A stretch of 64,000 bases of DNA, from positions 2,170-66,169 of the forward strand of contig CAYIII010000001.1 of the NCBI GenBank assembly GCA_964363475.1, read 5' to 3'. The notes under the pieces are model-generated. The model was not told the DNA's origin, did not search any database, and saw only the letters and a list, made by a program, of their open reading frames with translations. Positions within the stretch are counted from its first letter, which is position 1, and the number at the start of each line of letters is the position of its first letter. A program made the translations under genes and the position numbers. This document shows positions 17,526-28,463 of this stretch, piece by piece. Source of the DNA: an uncultured Candidatus Saccharibacteria bacterium (GTDB taxonomy: Bacteria; Patescibacteriota; Minisyncoccia; UBA6257; UBA11618).

Positions 17526-18632
17526 ATGAGAAGCGATTTAGAGCAAAAAATTAAAAAAGCTCCGCAAACCCCCGGGGTTTATATTTTTTATAAAAATTTA
17601 AATCCGCTTTATATAGGCAAGGCGTCTAATTTGAAAAACCGGCTTCAGTGTTATTTAAAAATTACTGACATTAAAAATAAAATTCTAAACGAAGAAGCCA
17701 ATAAATTAAAATTAATTAAACTTCGTTCCCCCGTTGAAGCGCTTATAACCGAAGCCGGCTTAATTAAGGCCTTAAAACCGCGATACAATATTTTGTGGCG
17801 CGATGATAAAAATTATTTTTATATCGCTTTTACCAAAGAAAAGTTTGAAAAGATTTTTATTACCCATCAGCCAAATAATTTAGAGGCCATCGGCCCGTTT
17901 ACGGACGGCAAGGCCATTCGTTTGTTTTTAAAAATACTGCGCCGTAAATATCCCTACTGTACTTGCTATAAAACACACCTACGAAGCTGTTTAAACGCCC
18001 AAATAGGAAATTGCCTTGATTATTGCTGTAGAGAAAATGCCGTGCCAGACAATCAATATCTAAAGAACATTAAAATTATTAAACAAATGCTTGCGGGTAA
18101 AAAAATGACCGCCTTAAATAAAATAATTAAACCGTCGGAACTGTGGGCCTTTGAAAATATCTCTGAACATATTCCGTTTTTAGACGCAAACAATGCGGAA
18201 AAAACTTTTCAAAAAATAGAATGCTATGATATATCACATTTTTCAGGAAAAGAAGCCGTGGGCGCTTTCACTGTTTTGGTCAACAAAAACGGCGATTGGG
18301 AAGCGGACAGAAACCAATTTCGTAAATTTAAAATTAAAAATACGAATACCCGCAACGACCCTCAAATGATTTCGGAAATATTAAGCCGGAGGTTAAATCA
18401 TCCCGAATGGCCGTATCCGAATTTAATAATTATTGACGGGGGAATTACTCAATATAATGCCGCCAAAAAAATAGCGGGCAATCTGCCGTTAATCAGCTTC
18501 GCCAAACCGAATAAGAAAATATTTGGAAAAACGGACTTGCCGAGAGAAATCGTGGAAAGAGCAATTGAGCAAACCCACCGCTATGTCCTGAACTTCCACC
18601 GCCACCTTCGCAATGCTAGAATCTATTCGTGA
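17526..18632 (+). CDS. uvrC: Excinuclease ABC subunit C, shortened
   Basis: GIY-YIG (PGVYIF..YIGKA), IECYDISH, LIIIDGG. Confidence 0.88.
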   Translation: MRSDLEQKIKKAPQTPGVYIFYKNLNPLYIGKASNLKNRLQCYLKITDIKNKILNEEANKLKLIKLRSPVEALITEAGLIKALKPRYNILWRDDKNYFYIAFTKEKFEKIFITHQPNNLEAIGPFTDGKAIRLFLKILRRKYPYCTCYKTHLRSCLNAQIGNCLDYCCRENAVPDNQYLKNIKIIKQMLAGKKMTALNKIIKPSELWAFENISEHIPFLDANNAEKTFQKIECYDISHFSGKEAVGAFTVLVNKNGDWEADRNQFRKFKIKNTNTRNDPQMISEILSRRLNHPEWPYPNLIIIDGGITQYNAAKKIAGNLPLISFAKPNKKIFGKTDLPREIVERAIEQTHRYVLNFHRHLRNARIYS

Positions 18633-19006
18633 ATGCCGTATCCAAATTGATAGTGGTCTTTGCCGCTAATTTAACCGCCGTTTTATTAACCGCTTATTTT
18701 ATTCCCGAATTTCAATTAACGACGGATATACCGGGCATTATCTCAATAGCATTAGTGATAACCGTAACCAATCTCACTATCAGGCCGTTAATAAAGCTTG
18801 TCCTTAGTCCGCTGATATTTATTACTTTTGGCTTATTTACCATCTTAATCAATGCCGGTATTATCTACACAATTGACATTTACTCTGAATCGCTTACAAT
18901 TACTGGACCATGGCATCTTATCGGAGCTTCGCATATTATAAGCATTATAAACTTAGTAATTAACTACGCCGCCCTTTATTTGTATCGTGGCTCCGACGTG
19001 TCATAA
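18629..19006 (+). CDS. Holin-4/YvlD-like membrane protein
   Basis: NLTIRPLIKL..PL..ITFGLF..INA. Confidence 0.8.
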   Translation: MNAVSKLIVVFAANLTAVLLTAYFIPEFQLTTDIPGIISIALVITVTNLTIRPLIKLVLSPLIFITFGLFTILINAGIIYTIDIYSESLTITGPWHLIGASHIISIINLVINYAALYLYRGSDVS

Positions 19007-19011
19007 AATTT

Positions 19012-19257
19012 ATGGACAATCTCCCTTTAATACTTATTATCGTGCAAATAGCCGTTTCGGTTCTTTTGGTCATACTAATTCTTCTACAGGACTCGTCTGA
19101 GGCCTCAGGAATATTCGGCGGAGGCGGTCAGGGATTCTATCAGACCAAAAGAGGAGTTGAGAAAGGCGTATTTGTGGCAACAATAGTATTTACTGTTGTA
19201 TTTGCGGCGCTAGCTTTACTAAACCTTGTTTTACCTAACCTACAAAATTTTTTCTAG
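19012..19257 (+). CDS. secG: Preprotein translocase subunit SecG
   Basis: LILLQ, GIFGGG, TKRGVEK, two TM. Confidence 0.88.
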   Translation: MDNLPLILIIVQIAVSVLLVILILLQDSSEASGIFGGGGQGFYQTKRGVEKGVFVATIVFTVVFAALALLNLVLPNLQNFF

Positions 19258-20890
19258 CTTTTCTAAGTTAGAACGCCGGATATTAATTGGCGCTTTTTTA
19301 ATATTCATTCTTTCTTCTTTTTTTATCGCTCTAAATTTTTATTACAGCGCCACGAAAGAACAGCCCGCGCGTGGCGGAATTTACATTGAAGGAGAAGTAG
19401 GCCAACCGACATTTATCAATCCATTAATAGCCAACATCAGCGATATTGATTTGGACTTAATAGAAATTTTATTTGATAATCTTTTAAATTTGACCGACAA
19501 CTATAAAATCAGCCAAGACAATAAAACCTGGACAATTTTTCTTAAAAAGGACTTAAAGTGGGATGACGGCAAAGAACTTACCGCCGACGATGTTCTTTTT
19601 ACGATTAAAATAATTCAGGACCCCGACACGCGTTCGCCTCTTTTTTTGAGTTGGCAAGGAATTGAAGTTGAAAAAATTGGCGACAGTGAAATTAGATTTA
19701 TTTTGCCAAAACCCTACGCCTTCTTTATTGATAATCTTCGCAGCTTAAAAATTGTTCCGCAACACATCTTCGGCAATATTCCCGCCGCTAATTTAAAGCT
19801 GTCTCAATATAACCTTGAGCCGGTGGCAAGCGGTCCTTATAGATTTAAGAATATTGTAACGGAAAAAGACGGATTTATTCAGGAAATGTCTCTAATAAAA
19901 AATCCTCTATATCATGGCAATCCTCCTTTTATTGATAATTTTATTTTTAAATTTTATCGCAACGAACAAGACCTGATTCAAGATTTTAATACGAAAAAAA
20001 TCAGCGGCTTTGGCGGTTTAAATCCTCAAAATATTAATGAAATAAAAATTAGCCACAAACTGGCCAATCTAAGTTTGCCAAGATATTATGCCGTATTCTT
20101 TAACAGCAACACGAACCCCGTTCTTCAAAATAATGAAGTGCGCGAAGCGTTAACTTTTGCGACAAATAGAGCAAAAATTATTAAACGGGTCTTTAACGAA
20201 CACGCGTCGCTTGCCGACGGCCCAATTCCGTCAAATGTGACGGGTTATAATAAAGATGTTTATCAAAATGACAGATTCTCCATACAGCAAGCTCAAGAGA
20301 TATTAGAGAAAAACGGCTGGCTTTTAAATCCGGAAGACGGGATAAGATATAAAACAGTTAATAAGATAAGGCAAAAACTGGAATTTGAAATTATTACGCC
20401 CCAAATACCATTCTTAATAGAAACGGTTGATTTAATTAAAGATGACTGGAATAAAATAGGGGTGAAAATAAATTCTGCCACATTGCCGCTAAGCGATATA
20501 AGCAGAGAAGTGTTGAGAACGAGAAATTATCAGTTGCTTATTTTTGGCAATATCTTAAATAACAATCCCGATGTATTATCTTTTTGGCATTCGTCGGAAC
20601 GGCTTTATCCCGGACTCAATTTATCGCTTTATAACAACAAAGACGCGGACAATGCTTTGATAAATATAAGACAAGAAATTAATCCGGATAAAAGACAATT
20701 AGAGCTGGATAAATTGCAAAATATCATTTATAAGGAAAATCCGGCCGTCTTCTTGTTTAATCCAAATTATATTTATGTAACCAATAGCGATTTGTTGGGC
20801 TTTAACGCGTCATCCATAACCACTCCCGCCCATCGCTTTGAAAAAATAGCGGAATGGCATCTGAAGACCGAGAGGCGATTTGCTAATTAA
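19226..20890 (+). CDS. Peptide ABC transporter substrate-binding protein
   Basis: KWDDGKELTADDVLFT, SGPYRF (SBP family 5). Confidence 0.9.
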   Translation: MFYLTYKIFSSFSKLERRILIGAFLIFILSSFFIALNFYYSATKEQPARGGIYIEGEVGQPTFINPLIANISDIDLDLIEILFDNLLNLTDNYKISQDNKTWTIFLKKDLKWDDGKELTADDVLFTIKIIQDPDTRSPLFLSWQGIEVEKIGDSEIRFILPKPYAFFIDNLRSLKIVPQHIFGNIPAANLKLSQYNLEPVASGPYRFKNIVTEKDGFIQEMSLIKNPLYHGNPPFIDNFIFKFYRNEQDLIQDFNTKKISGFGGLNPQNINEIKISHKLANLSLPRYYAVFFNSNTNPVLQNNEVREALTFATNRAKIIKRVFNEHASLADGPIPSNVTGYNKDVYQNDRFSIQQAQEILEKNGWLLNPEDGIRYKTVNKIRQKLEFEIITPQIPFLIETVDLIKDDWNKIGVKINSATLPLSDISREVLRTRNYQLLIFGNILNNNPDVLSFWHSSERLYPGLNLSLYNNKDADNALINIRQEINPDKRQLELDKLQNIIYKENPAVFLFNPNYIYVTNSDLLGFNASSITTPAHRFEKIAEWHLKTERRFAN

Positions 20891-20938
20891 TTAATAATAT
20901 GATATATTAAATCAATCTTAATTTCTTATGATACGAAT

Positions 20939-21022
20939 GTCGCGGTGGCGAAATTGGCAGACGCGCACGGTTCAGGGCCGTGTATCCGTAAGGATGTGTG
21001 AGTTCAAATCTCACCCGCGACA
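20939..21022 (+). tRNA. tRNA-Leu(CAG)
   Basis: GTCGCGG/CCGCGAC, CACGG-TTCAGGG-CCGTG, long variable arm. Confidence 0.95.
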
Positions 21023-21057
21023 CACTGCACTAACTAGTTAAAACCAAAAAATAAATA

Positions 21058-22743
21058 ATGCCTAAAAAAATAGATACGAGTGAAGAATCCTTAAAATTTG
21101 TGCCGTTGGGCGGCCTTGAAGAAATCGGCCGCAATATGATGTTTTTTGAATACAAAAATGAAATCGTCATTATTGACGCCGGTTTGCAGTTCCCCGAAGA
21201 AACCACGCCCGGCATTGATTTTATTATTCCCAACGTTAACTATTTAGAAAAAAATAAAGAGAAGATTAAAGCCCTAATTGTGACTCATGCCCATTATGAC
21301 CACATAGGAGCGATTCCATATGTTCTCGGAAAATTAGGCAATCCTCAGATTTACTGCGCCGCCATAACCAAAGAAATCATATTGAAACGCCAAGAGGATT
21401 TTACTAATTTAGCCAAGCCCAACATTGAAGTTGTGAAACACGGCGCGCAGATAAAATTAGGAGAACATTTTAATTCGGAATTCTTTTATCTGGACCACAC
21501 GATTCCCGACACTATCGGAGTTATTTTAAAAACTCCAATCGGCAATATGGTCCATTTTGTTGATTTTAAATTTGATTACGATAACGAAGGAAAACCGCTT
21601 AGATTGGACGACTTTGCCCGCATCGGCAAGGAAGGCGTGCACACTCTTTTCATTGACAGCACCAATGCTGACGAAGAAGGTTTTTCGCTGTCTGAAAGGA
21701 TTGTTGAAAAAAATCTGGAACAACTTTTTAAAGACGCTCCGGGCAGGGTGATTGTCGGCACATTTGGTTCTTTACTAACCAGATTGGGGGAAATGATTAA
21801 AATCGGCATAAGATTAAAGAGAAAAATTTTTGTCAGCGGTTACTCAATGAAAACCAATTTGCAAATAGCGCAAAATTTGGGATACATAAAAACAGAAAAA
21901 GGAGCTATTCTTCCGTTGGAAGAAATTCATAAATATAAAGATGATAAAATATTAGTCCTTTGCACCGGCGCTCAAGGAGAGCCAAATGCCAGCTTAATGC
22001 GCATCGCGAACGGCGAACATAAATTTATAAAAACAAAGCGGGGGGATATGTTCGTTTTTTCTTCCTCAATCATTCCCGGCAATGAACGCGGCGTTCAGTT
22101 TCTAAAAGACACGCTCACTAGACAAGGGGCAAAGGTATATCAGTCAAAACACATTGACATTCACTCCAGCGGACACGCGCCACAGGAAGAATTAAAAGAG
22201 GTTTTTAGATTAACCAAGCCAAAATTTGTAGTTCCCGTGCACGGATATTTTTTCAAAAGGGCGGCTAATAAGGAAAATGCCGTGTCTGTAGGTATTCCAG
22301 AAAAAAATGTTCTGTTAATGGACAACGGACAAGTTGCCGAATTAACAAAAGGCGGTCTTACTCTTACTAACAAAACAGTAGACGCGTATTATGTGATGGT
22401 TGATGGCTTGGGGGTCGGAGATGTAAGCGAAGTGGTTTTGCGAGACCGCAGAATCTTATCGGATGAAGGCATGATGGTTATCATAGCCACTTTGGATAAG
22501 AATCGCGGACACTTTCTAAAAAAACCGGACATTATTTCTAGAGGATTTATTTATTTGAAAGATAACCAAGTAATGCTGGAAGAAGTTCGCAATCGTTTGC
22601 GCCACATTATAGAAAGGATTCCACGACATCAGGAAGTGGAGCCGGAATATGTAAAATCTTTAATCAGAGACCAAATCGGCGCTTTTATTTATAATAAAAC
22701 TCAGCGCCGTCCGATGATTCTGCCAGTTATTATTGAAGTTTAG
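21058..22743 (+). CDS. rnj: Ribonuclease J
   Basis: PLGGLEEIGRNM, THAHYDHIG, HSSGHA, RRPMILPVIIEV. Confidence 0.97.
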   Translation: MPKKIDTSEESLKFVPLGGLEEIGRNMMFFEYKNEIVIIDAGLQFPEETTPGIDFIIPNVNYLEKNKEKIKALIVTHAHYDHIGAIPYVLGKLGNPQIYCAAITKEIILKRQEDFTNLAKPNIEVVKHGAQIKLGEHFNSEFFYLDHTIPDTIGVILKTPIGNMVHFVDFKFDYDNEGKPLRLDDFARIGKEGVHTLFIDSTNADEEGFSLSERIVEKNLEQLFKDAPGRVIVGTFGSLLTRLGEMIKIGIRLKRKIFVSGYSMKTNLQIAQNLGYIKTEKGAILPLEEIHKYKDDKILVLCTGAQGEPNASLMRIANGEHKFIKTKRGDMFVFSSSIIPGNERGVQFLKDTLTRQGAKVYQSKHIDIHSSGHAPQEELKEVFRLTKPKFVVPVHGYFFKRAANKENAVSVGIPEKNVLLMDNGQVAELTKGGLTLTNKTVDAYYVMVDGLGVGDVSEVVLRDRRILSDEGMMVIIATLDKNRGHFLKKPDIISRGFIYLKDNQVMLEEVRNRLRHIIERIPRHQEVEPEYVKSLIRDQIGAFIYNKTQRRPMILPVIIEV

Positions 22744-22767
22744 TAAATCTTAACTTATTCTTATTTT

Positions 22768-23754
22768 ATGAGACCGAATCTTGTTTCTGGCATACAGCCG
22801 TCCGGCAAATTACATTTGGGCAATTATTTAGGCGCCTTAAAAAACTTTGTTAAACTGCAAAATTCGGAGCAATATAATTGTTATTTTTTTATCGCCGACC
22901 TCCATTCTTTGACGGAGGACTTTAATCCGACTCTAAAAACAAATCAAATTTTAGACCTTTTATCTTCTTATTTGGCGGCTGGCTTAAATCCCAAAAAATC
23001 GGTTATTTTTATTCAATCTCAAATCCCCGCCCATACACAGCTCGCTTGGTTTTTAAATACGATTACTCCTTTCGGAGAATTGTCGCGAATGACGCAGTTT
23101 AGAGATAAATCGCAAAGTCAGTCGGAAAATATTAATGTCGGCCTTTTTGCTTATCCTGTTTTAATGGCCGCCGACATAATTTTATATGACGCAAATTTCG
23201 TTCCTGTCGGAGAAGACCAGACGCAACATTTAGAGCTTACAAGAACTTTGGTAAGAAAATTTAATAATAAGTTTGGCGAACAATTCATAGAGCCCCAGCC
23301 GTTGCTTGCAAAAACGCCGCGAATAATGAGCTTGCAAGACCCAAATAAAAAAATGTCCAAATCGCAACCGGAGGGATGCTTATTTTTAGACGATTCAACC
23401 GAAGAAATAGAGTCCAAAATAATGTCGGCTGTCACGGATTCGGAAAAAGAAATTCGTTATGATATTCAAAACAAAGCCGGACTTTCTAATTTATTGGAAA
23501 TATACGCGAGTTTGAGCGATAGAGAGATTACCTATATAGAAAATGAATTCAAAAATAAAAATTATGCCAAATTTAAAAAATCGCTCGCTAAATTAATAAC
23601 TAAATATTTTGCTCCATTTAGGCGCAAAAAAATAAGGATTCTGTCCAACCCGGAAAAGTTAATAAAAATTGCCCAAAGAGGCAATAAAGCCGCAAATAAG
23701 ATTGCCGCGCAAAAAATCACAAAAGTAGAAAAAGGATTGGGATTAGTGTTATAA
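22768..23754 (+). CDS. trpS: Tryptophanyl-tRNA synthetase
   Basis: SGIQPSGKLHLGNY, KMSKS. Confidence 0.97.
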   Translation: MRPNLVSGIQPSGKLHLGNYLGALKNFVKLQNSEQYNCYFFIADLHSLTEDFNPTLKTNQILDLLSSYLAAGLNPKKSVIFIQSQIPAHTQLAWFLNTITPFGELSRMTQFRDKSQSQSENINVGLFAYPVLMAADIILYDANFVPVGEDQTQHLELTRTLVRKFNNKFGEQFIEPQPLLAKTPRIMSLQDPNKKMSKSQPEGCLFLDDSTEEIESKIMSAVTDSEKEIRYDIQNKAGLSNLLEIYASLSDREITYIENEFKNKNYAKFKKSLAKLITKYFAPFRRKKIRILSNPEKLIKIAQRGNKAANKIAAQKITKVEKGLGLVL

Positions 23755-23799
23755 TCCACTTCAGCAAAGGACCTTGTAAATTCACGCAAGAGGAGGAAA

Positions 23800-24312
23800 A
23801 TGAAGTTCACGCACGTCATCATTGAGCCGATTAGGCGCGGCGTTATCACGATAGCAACATTATTTTTAGCTTCCAAATTATTGATTTGGTTGCTCGCTTT
23901 GTTTTTTGGATTTATAAATCCGTTGCGAACCACCGTTCTTTATTTAATAGGCAGTGATAATTTTTGGATTGGCACTCTTATTGCCGTAATGATTCTATTG
24001 CCAATTTGCTGGCTGGTTGGCCAATTTTCTATATCAAACATATTTTTCTTTTTATTCAAAAGGAAGGCTCAAAAAGAATCCGGAAAATATCTGCAAGTTG
24101 CCAGAATTAAAAATAAAAACTTTTATATGGGATGCGGAATAGGGCTTGTTACTAAAAAAATGGAAATTGACGGAAAAACGCACTACAATATTTGTTTTCC
24201 TAATTTAGGGGGATTTATAACCTTATCTAAAGTCCCGGAAGAAGAAGTGGAACTGACCGGAGAAAGCGTAGTCAACACTTTATTGTTTTATCTGTCATGC
24301 GGCTCCCTGTGA
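23800..24312 (+). CDS. Hypothetical membrane protein (DUF502-like)
   Basis: Two TM then soluble domain; preceded by AGGAGG. Confidence 0.55.
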   Translation: MKFTHVIIEPIRRGVITIATLFLASKLLIWLLALFFGFINPLRTTVLYLIGSDNFWIGTLIAVMILLPICWLVGQFSISNIFFFLFKRKAQKESGKYLQVARIKNKNFYMGCGIGLVTKKMEIDGKTHYNICFPNLGGFITLSKVPEEEVELTGESVVNTLLFYLSCGSL

Positions 24313-24328
24313 GCCGTATTTTATTCCC

Positions 24329-27142
24329 TTATTTTCTTATTCCCAGCCAAATTTTTGAGCCGTCTAAGTCAACCTCAATAAAATGCTCAACTTTTTCCGT
24401 TCTCTCAAAAATAATTTCTTCCGCGTTGATATCTTTTCTAAAACCCTTGTTGCTTTCTAAAACGCTTTGCAATTTTTTTGGCAAGTCGGCGTGCAAAATA
24501 ATTTTGTTTTGGGGGGAATATTCGGCATCGCGCCTTAATCCTTGAATCGCTCTCGCCAATTCCCTTACGGCGCCTTCATTTTTCAGTTCTTCGGTAATGT
24601 TAATATCCAGCTCAATCTCGTCATTAATTTTGGAATCAAAAATAATTTCTTTGACATTTATTTCATCGGCTAATATATGTAATAATTCTTCGTTATTTTT
24701 TAATTTTTCATTTTTAATTTTTAATTTCCTCAACGGCTGTCTTATCTTAATCCCCGCTTCCGCTCTTTTGGCCAAAGCCAAACTGGCCAACGTTCTGACA
24801 TCCGACATATCTTCAATTAATTTTTTACTTGCCCCTCGAAGCTTTAGCGAAGTGGGGTCAACCCTTGGCCATTCTTCCAAATGAACGGAAACGCCACCGC
24901 TTAAAGATTTATACAAAGCATCCGCGAAAAACGGGACGAATGGAGCGATTAGTTTGCTGATTTCCAGTAAAACATTTTGTAAGATAGGCAACGCCTCCGC
25001 GCGCTTGCGTGAACGGCGAATGTACCAATGAGACAAGTCGCTTACGAATAACTCTAAAATTTTAGCCGCATACCCTATTTCATATTTGTTAAGATTCTCT
25101 TCAACTTCTAAAATAGTTTCATTTAATCTGGAGAAAATCCACTTATCTAAAATATTACTTAACTGGAAATTAGTCCGCCAACTGGCGGATGGGACTTGGG
25201 GCTCATTTTTTGAATAGGTCTCAAAAAATACATATGAATTATAAAGCAACGAGATAAAACGCCTGAAGGCCTTGCTTAACTCCGCCTCATCAAACTTTTT
25301 GGGCTCTGCCGGAGGATTAACGGTATAGAAATACCACCTGATAACGTCTACTCCGTATTTATCAATCATCTCCCAAGGGTCAACGATATTATTTTTTGAT
25401 TTAGACATTTTCTGTCCATGTTTATCTAAAAGATGGCCAAGTGAAATAACATTTTTGTAAGGGGTGTCTTCATTTAATAAAACGCCAATGGCCAGCAATG
25501 TATAAAACCAGCCGCGAGTTTGGTCAATTGCTTCGCAAATATAATCCGCCGGATAACGGTTCGGATATTCTCCGCTCGCAAACGGCATGCCGCCGGAATC
25601 AAACCAAACATCCGCCACTTCTTTCACTCTTGTCATAGAGCCATTACACTTCGGACAAATTAATTTCACTTCATCAATATAAGGACGATGCAAATCAGCC
25701 GGCGCCTCACCGCCATGCTCTTTAAGTTCGTCTCTGCTGCCAATCACTAATTTTTCATCGCATTTTTCACACTCCCAAATAGGCAATGGCGTGCCCCAAT
25801 AACGCTCGCGAGAAATAGCCCAGTCCTTTACCCCTTGAAGCCACTCCCCGAAACGCCCGCTTTGAAGATGATGGGGAATCCAATTTATTTTCTCGTTGGC
25901 TTTTAACAAATCGCTTCTTAACTTACTCATCTCTATAAACCAAGAAAATCTGGGAAAGTAAATGAGGGCTCTGGAACAGCGCCAGCAAAAAGGATAGTCA
26001 TGTTCAATCGTGGTCTGGTAAAAAAGCAAATTTCTTTTTTGAAGGTCTTCTAATATATCTTTATCCGCTTCTTTAATATATTTGCCCGCGCCGGGCAATC
26101 CGTTTTTCATAATCCCCTGGTCATCAATAGTTACGGGAAAGTCGCTCATTTTGTTTCTCATTAAATTCAAGTCATCCTCGCCAAAAGAGGCAATATGAAT
26201 TAATCCGGTTCCATCTTCCGCGCTGACAAAATCAGCCTTCACCACTTCATGAGGACCGTTATTTTCATACAAGGACTCATATTTTAGGCCAATCATTTTT
26301 TTTCCGGAAAGTTTTTCTATGACCTCTATCTTAGTGTCCGAAGAAAATGGCGGCGCGTTAACAGCCCAAATATATTCGCCATTAATTTCATATTTTGTGT
26401 AAGTTAATTCCGGATTTACGGCAATAGCCAGATTTGCCGGCAAAGTCCACGGAGTGGTGGTCCATATTAATAAGTATTCGTTAACTTGGGATTTGGAACT
26501 TGGGATTTGGAACTTTATATATACTGACGGGTCCTTAACTTTCTTATACGCCCCCGGCTGTCCCAACTCATGGCTTGATAAAGATGTTTGGCAACGAGGG
26601 CACCACGGAACTACTTTATAAAACTTATTTAATAATCCCCTCTCGTCAATCTTTTTAAAAACGCCCCACAATTTTTCCAAATAATCGTTTTCGTAAGTTA
26701 TATACGCATTTTCAAAGTCCAACCAAAAACCGATTCTTTCAGTTAATTTTTCCCATTCATCCTTATATTTCCAGACGGATTCTTTGGCTTTTTTATTAAA
26801 TTCGGCAATGCCAAATTTTTCTATGTCCTGCTTGTTTTTAATTCCTAATTCTTTTTCAACTTCAATTTCCACGGGCAAGCCCTGCGTATCCCAACCGGCG
26901 CGACGGGGCGCATAATAACCTTGCATAGTTTTAAACCGTAAAATAATATCTTTAAAAGCACGGGCTAAGATATGATGAGTGCCGGGACGGCCATTGGCAG
27001 TCGGAGGACCTTCATAAAATATGAATTCTCTTTTCCCTTTTGATTGGCTTAAGGTTTTTGAAAAGATATTATTTTCTCGCCAAAAATCCAAAACTTTTTC
27101 TTCAATTTCTGGAAGATTAAACTGTTTTAAACCACGCAACAT
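24329..27142 (-). CDS. ileS: Isoleucyl-tRNA synthetase (type 2)
   Basis: EGPPTANG, WTTTPWTLP, DQTRGWFY, KMSKS; start placed at MLRGLKQF. Confidence 0.96.
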   Translation of the reverse strand: MLRGLKQFNLPEIEEKVLDFWRENNIFSKTLSQSKGKREFIFYEGPPTANGRPGTHHILARAFKDIILRFKTMQGYYAPRRAGWDTQGLPVEIEVEKELGIKNKQDIEKFGIAEFNKKAKESVWKYKDEWEKLTERIGFWLDFENAYITYENDYLEKLWGVFKKIDERGLLNKFYKVVPWCPRCQTSLSSHELGQPGAYKKVKDPSVYIKFQIPSSKSQVNEYLLIWTTTPWTLPANLAIAVNPELTYTKYEINGEYIWAVNAPPFSSDTKIEVIEKLSGKKMIGLKYESLYENNGPHEVVKADFVSAEDGTGLIHIASFGEDDLNLMRNKMSDFPVTIDDQGIMKNGLPGAGKYIKEADKDILEDLQKRNLLFYQTTIEHDYPFCWRCSRALIYFPRFSWFIEMSKLRSDLLKANEKINWIPHHLQSGRFGEWLQGVKDWAISRERYWGTPLPIWECEKCDEKLVIGSRDELKEHGGEAPADLHRPYIDEVKLICPKCNGSMTRVKEVADVWFDSGGMPFASGEYPNRYPADYICEAIDQTRGWFYTLLAIGVLLNEDTPYKNVISLGHLLDKHGQKMSKSKNNIVDPWEMIDKYGVDVIRWYFYTVNPPAEPKKFDEAELSKAFRRFISLLYNSYVFFETYSKNEPQVPSASWRTNFQLSNILDKWIFSRLNETILEVEENLNKYEIGYAAKILELFVSDLSHWYIRRSRKRAEALPILQNVLLEISKLIAPFVPFFADALYKSLSGGVSVHLEEWPRVDPTSLKLRGASKKLIEDMSDVRTLASLALAKRAEAGIKIRQPLRKLKIKNEKLKNNEELLHILADEINVKEIIFDSKINDEIELDINITEELKNEGAVRELARAIQGLRRDAEYSPQNKIILHADLPKKLQSVLESNKGFRKDINAEEIIFERTEKVEHFIEVDLDGSKIWLGIRK
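24828..24857 (-). repeat. 30-bp in-frame REP-like insertion in ileS (PTSLKLRGAS)
   Basis: GC-rich imperfect hairpin ccccacttcgctaaagcttcgaggggcaag just after SVHLEEWP. Confidence 0.6.
25174..25189. repeat. TCCGCC-N4-GGCGGA palindrome within heptamer repeats (ileS)
   Basis: ggaaattag tccgccaactggcgga tgggacttggg. Confidence 0.8.
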
Positions 27143-27319
27143 AAGTAAAATAATAAGCCAAAAACTGCTTTTTTTCAACGAAGGTTCGTTCATCAACAAC
27201 CATCCTCTATATAGCAACCCCACCCCATATCCTTCATCAATACCGTCCTCGTTCAGAATAAAACTGAACTCGGATTAAATATTGATTCAGGATACGAGGT
27301 GGGGCTGTATACTAAACAA

Positions 27320-27540
27320 AAACCACCACCCTCTTTCTCGACGAGGCCGTGGAGGCGAATATATAAATTACGAAGCTTGGAGTAAGGCTATAAGCAAAAA
27401 AGCGCTGATAGAATCCCAAGTCCCGATACTAACAGTATCGGGACGGGTTGAGTTCGCTTTTTTGCTATATAGCACACGACAAGCGAGTCGCAATTTATAT
27501 GAGCCGTAACAGGTTGAGGAGAGGAAGGGGGTGGTGGTTT
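27320..27540 (+). repeat. Long nested hairpin element, copy 2
   Basis: Ends match 637-936; different interior containing gtcccgatac-taaca-gtatcgggac. Confidence 0.8.
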
Positions 27541-27611
27541 ATATTGGGGTTGGAGAAAACAAGTGGTCTTTGGTTATAGATAAAAAAATTATTTTTCGTT
27601 AAAATAAAGCA

Positions 27612-28439
27612 ATGTCCGAATATTATACTTCCAGAAGAACCAAAAATCTTTACGATCCGAAATCAGCTTATCCCTTTAAATTAAGCCGCTCCAAAATAGA
27701 GCTGTTTTTGGCATGTCCTCATTGTTTCTATCTAGACCGCCGTCTGGGCGTGGGTCAGCCACCCGGCTTTCCTTTTAGTTTAAATTCGGCAGTAGACACT
27801 TTATTAAAAAAAGAATTTGACATTCACCGCGCCGCCCAATCAACTCACCCGCTGGTCAAATATTATAAAATTGACGCCATCCCGTTTAGCCATCCGGAAA
27901 TAAATAAATGGCGGGAAAATTTTGTCGGCATTCAGTATCACCATCAACCAACTAATTTTATAATCTCCGGCGCAATTGACGATCTCTGGATTAATGCGCA
28001 GGGCGAACTAATTGTCGTTGATTATAAATCCACCAGCAAAAACGAGGTCATCACCAACATTGATAAAGAATGGCAAGGCGGCTATAAACGCCAAATGGAA
28101 ATTTATCAATGGCTTCTGCGTCAGAATGGACACAAGGTCTCCAGCACCGGTTATTTTGTGTATTGCAATGGCCGCACCGATAAAGAGGCCTTTGACGGCA
28201 AGCTAGAATTTGACATAACGCTCATACCTTATGACGGAAAAGACGGTTGGATTGAAAAAGAAATTTTTAATGCCCACAAATGCCTTAACGATGAGAAAAT
28301 TCCGCCGTCTTCCGCCAGTTGCGATTTTTGCGCTTATGTGGATGCCGTCAAAGAAGTCACGGACGAAAAAAAGAAGACCAAACCTTCAAAGAAAAAAGCG
28401 GGAGAAGCGGGTCAGGGTTCGCTTATCGGCATTTTCTAA
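27612..28439 (+). CDS. PD-(D/E)XK nuclease family protein (RecB/Cas4-like)
   Basis: LSRSKI, CPHCFY, GAIDD, VDYKST, QMEIY, CDFC. Confidence 0.85.
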   Translation: MSEYYTSRRTKNLYDPKSAYPFKLSRSKIELFLACPHCFYLDRRLGVGQPPGFPFSLNSAVDTLLKKEFDIHRAAQSTHPLVKYYKIDAIPFSHPEINKWRENFVGIQYHHQPTNFIISGAIDDLWINAQGELIVVDYKSTSKNEVITNIDKEWQGGYKRQMEIYQWLLRQNGHKVSSTGYFVYCNGRTDKEAFDGKLEFDITLIPYDGKDGWIEKEIFNAHKCLNDEKIPPSSASCDFCAYVDAVKEVTDEKKKTKPSKKKAGEAGQGSLIGIF

Positions 28440-28463
28440 AATCGTGCTACTATCTAAACGCCG

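Noticed and set aside
18629-19006. Prophage suggested by holin-like gene
   Set aside because: This family is common in chromosomes; no other phage genes nearby
27143-27611. T-box riboswitch upstream of ileS
   Set aside because: No GGTGGNACCGCG T-box or specifier loop seen on the minus strand; the region is explained by repeats also found at 637-936
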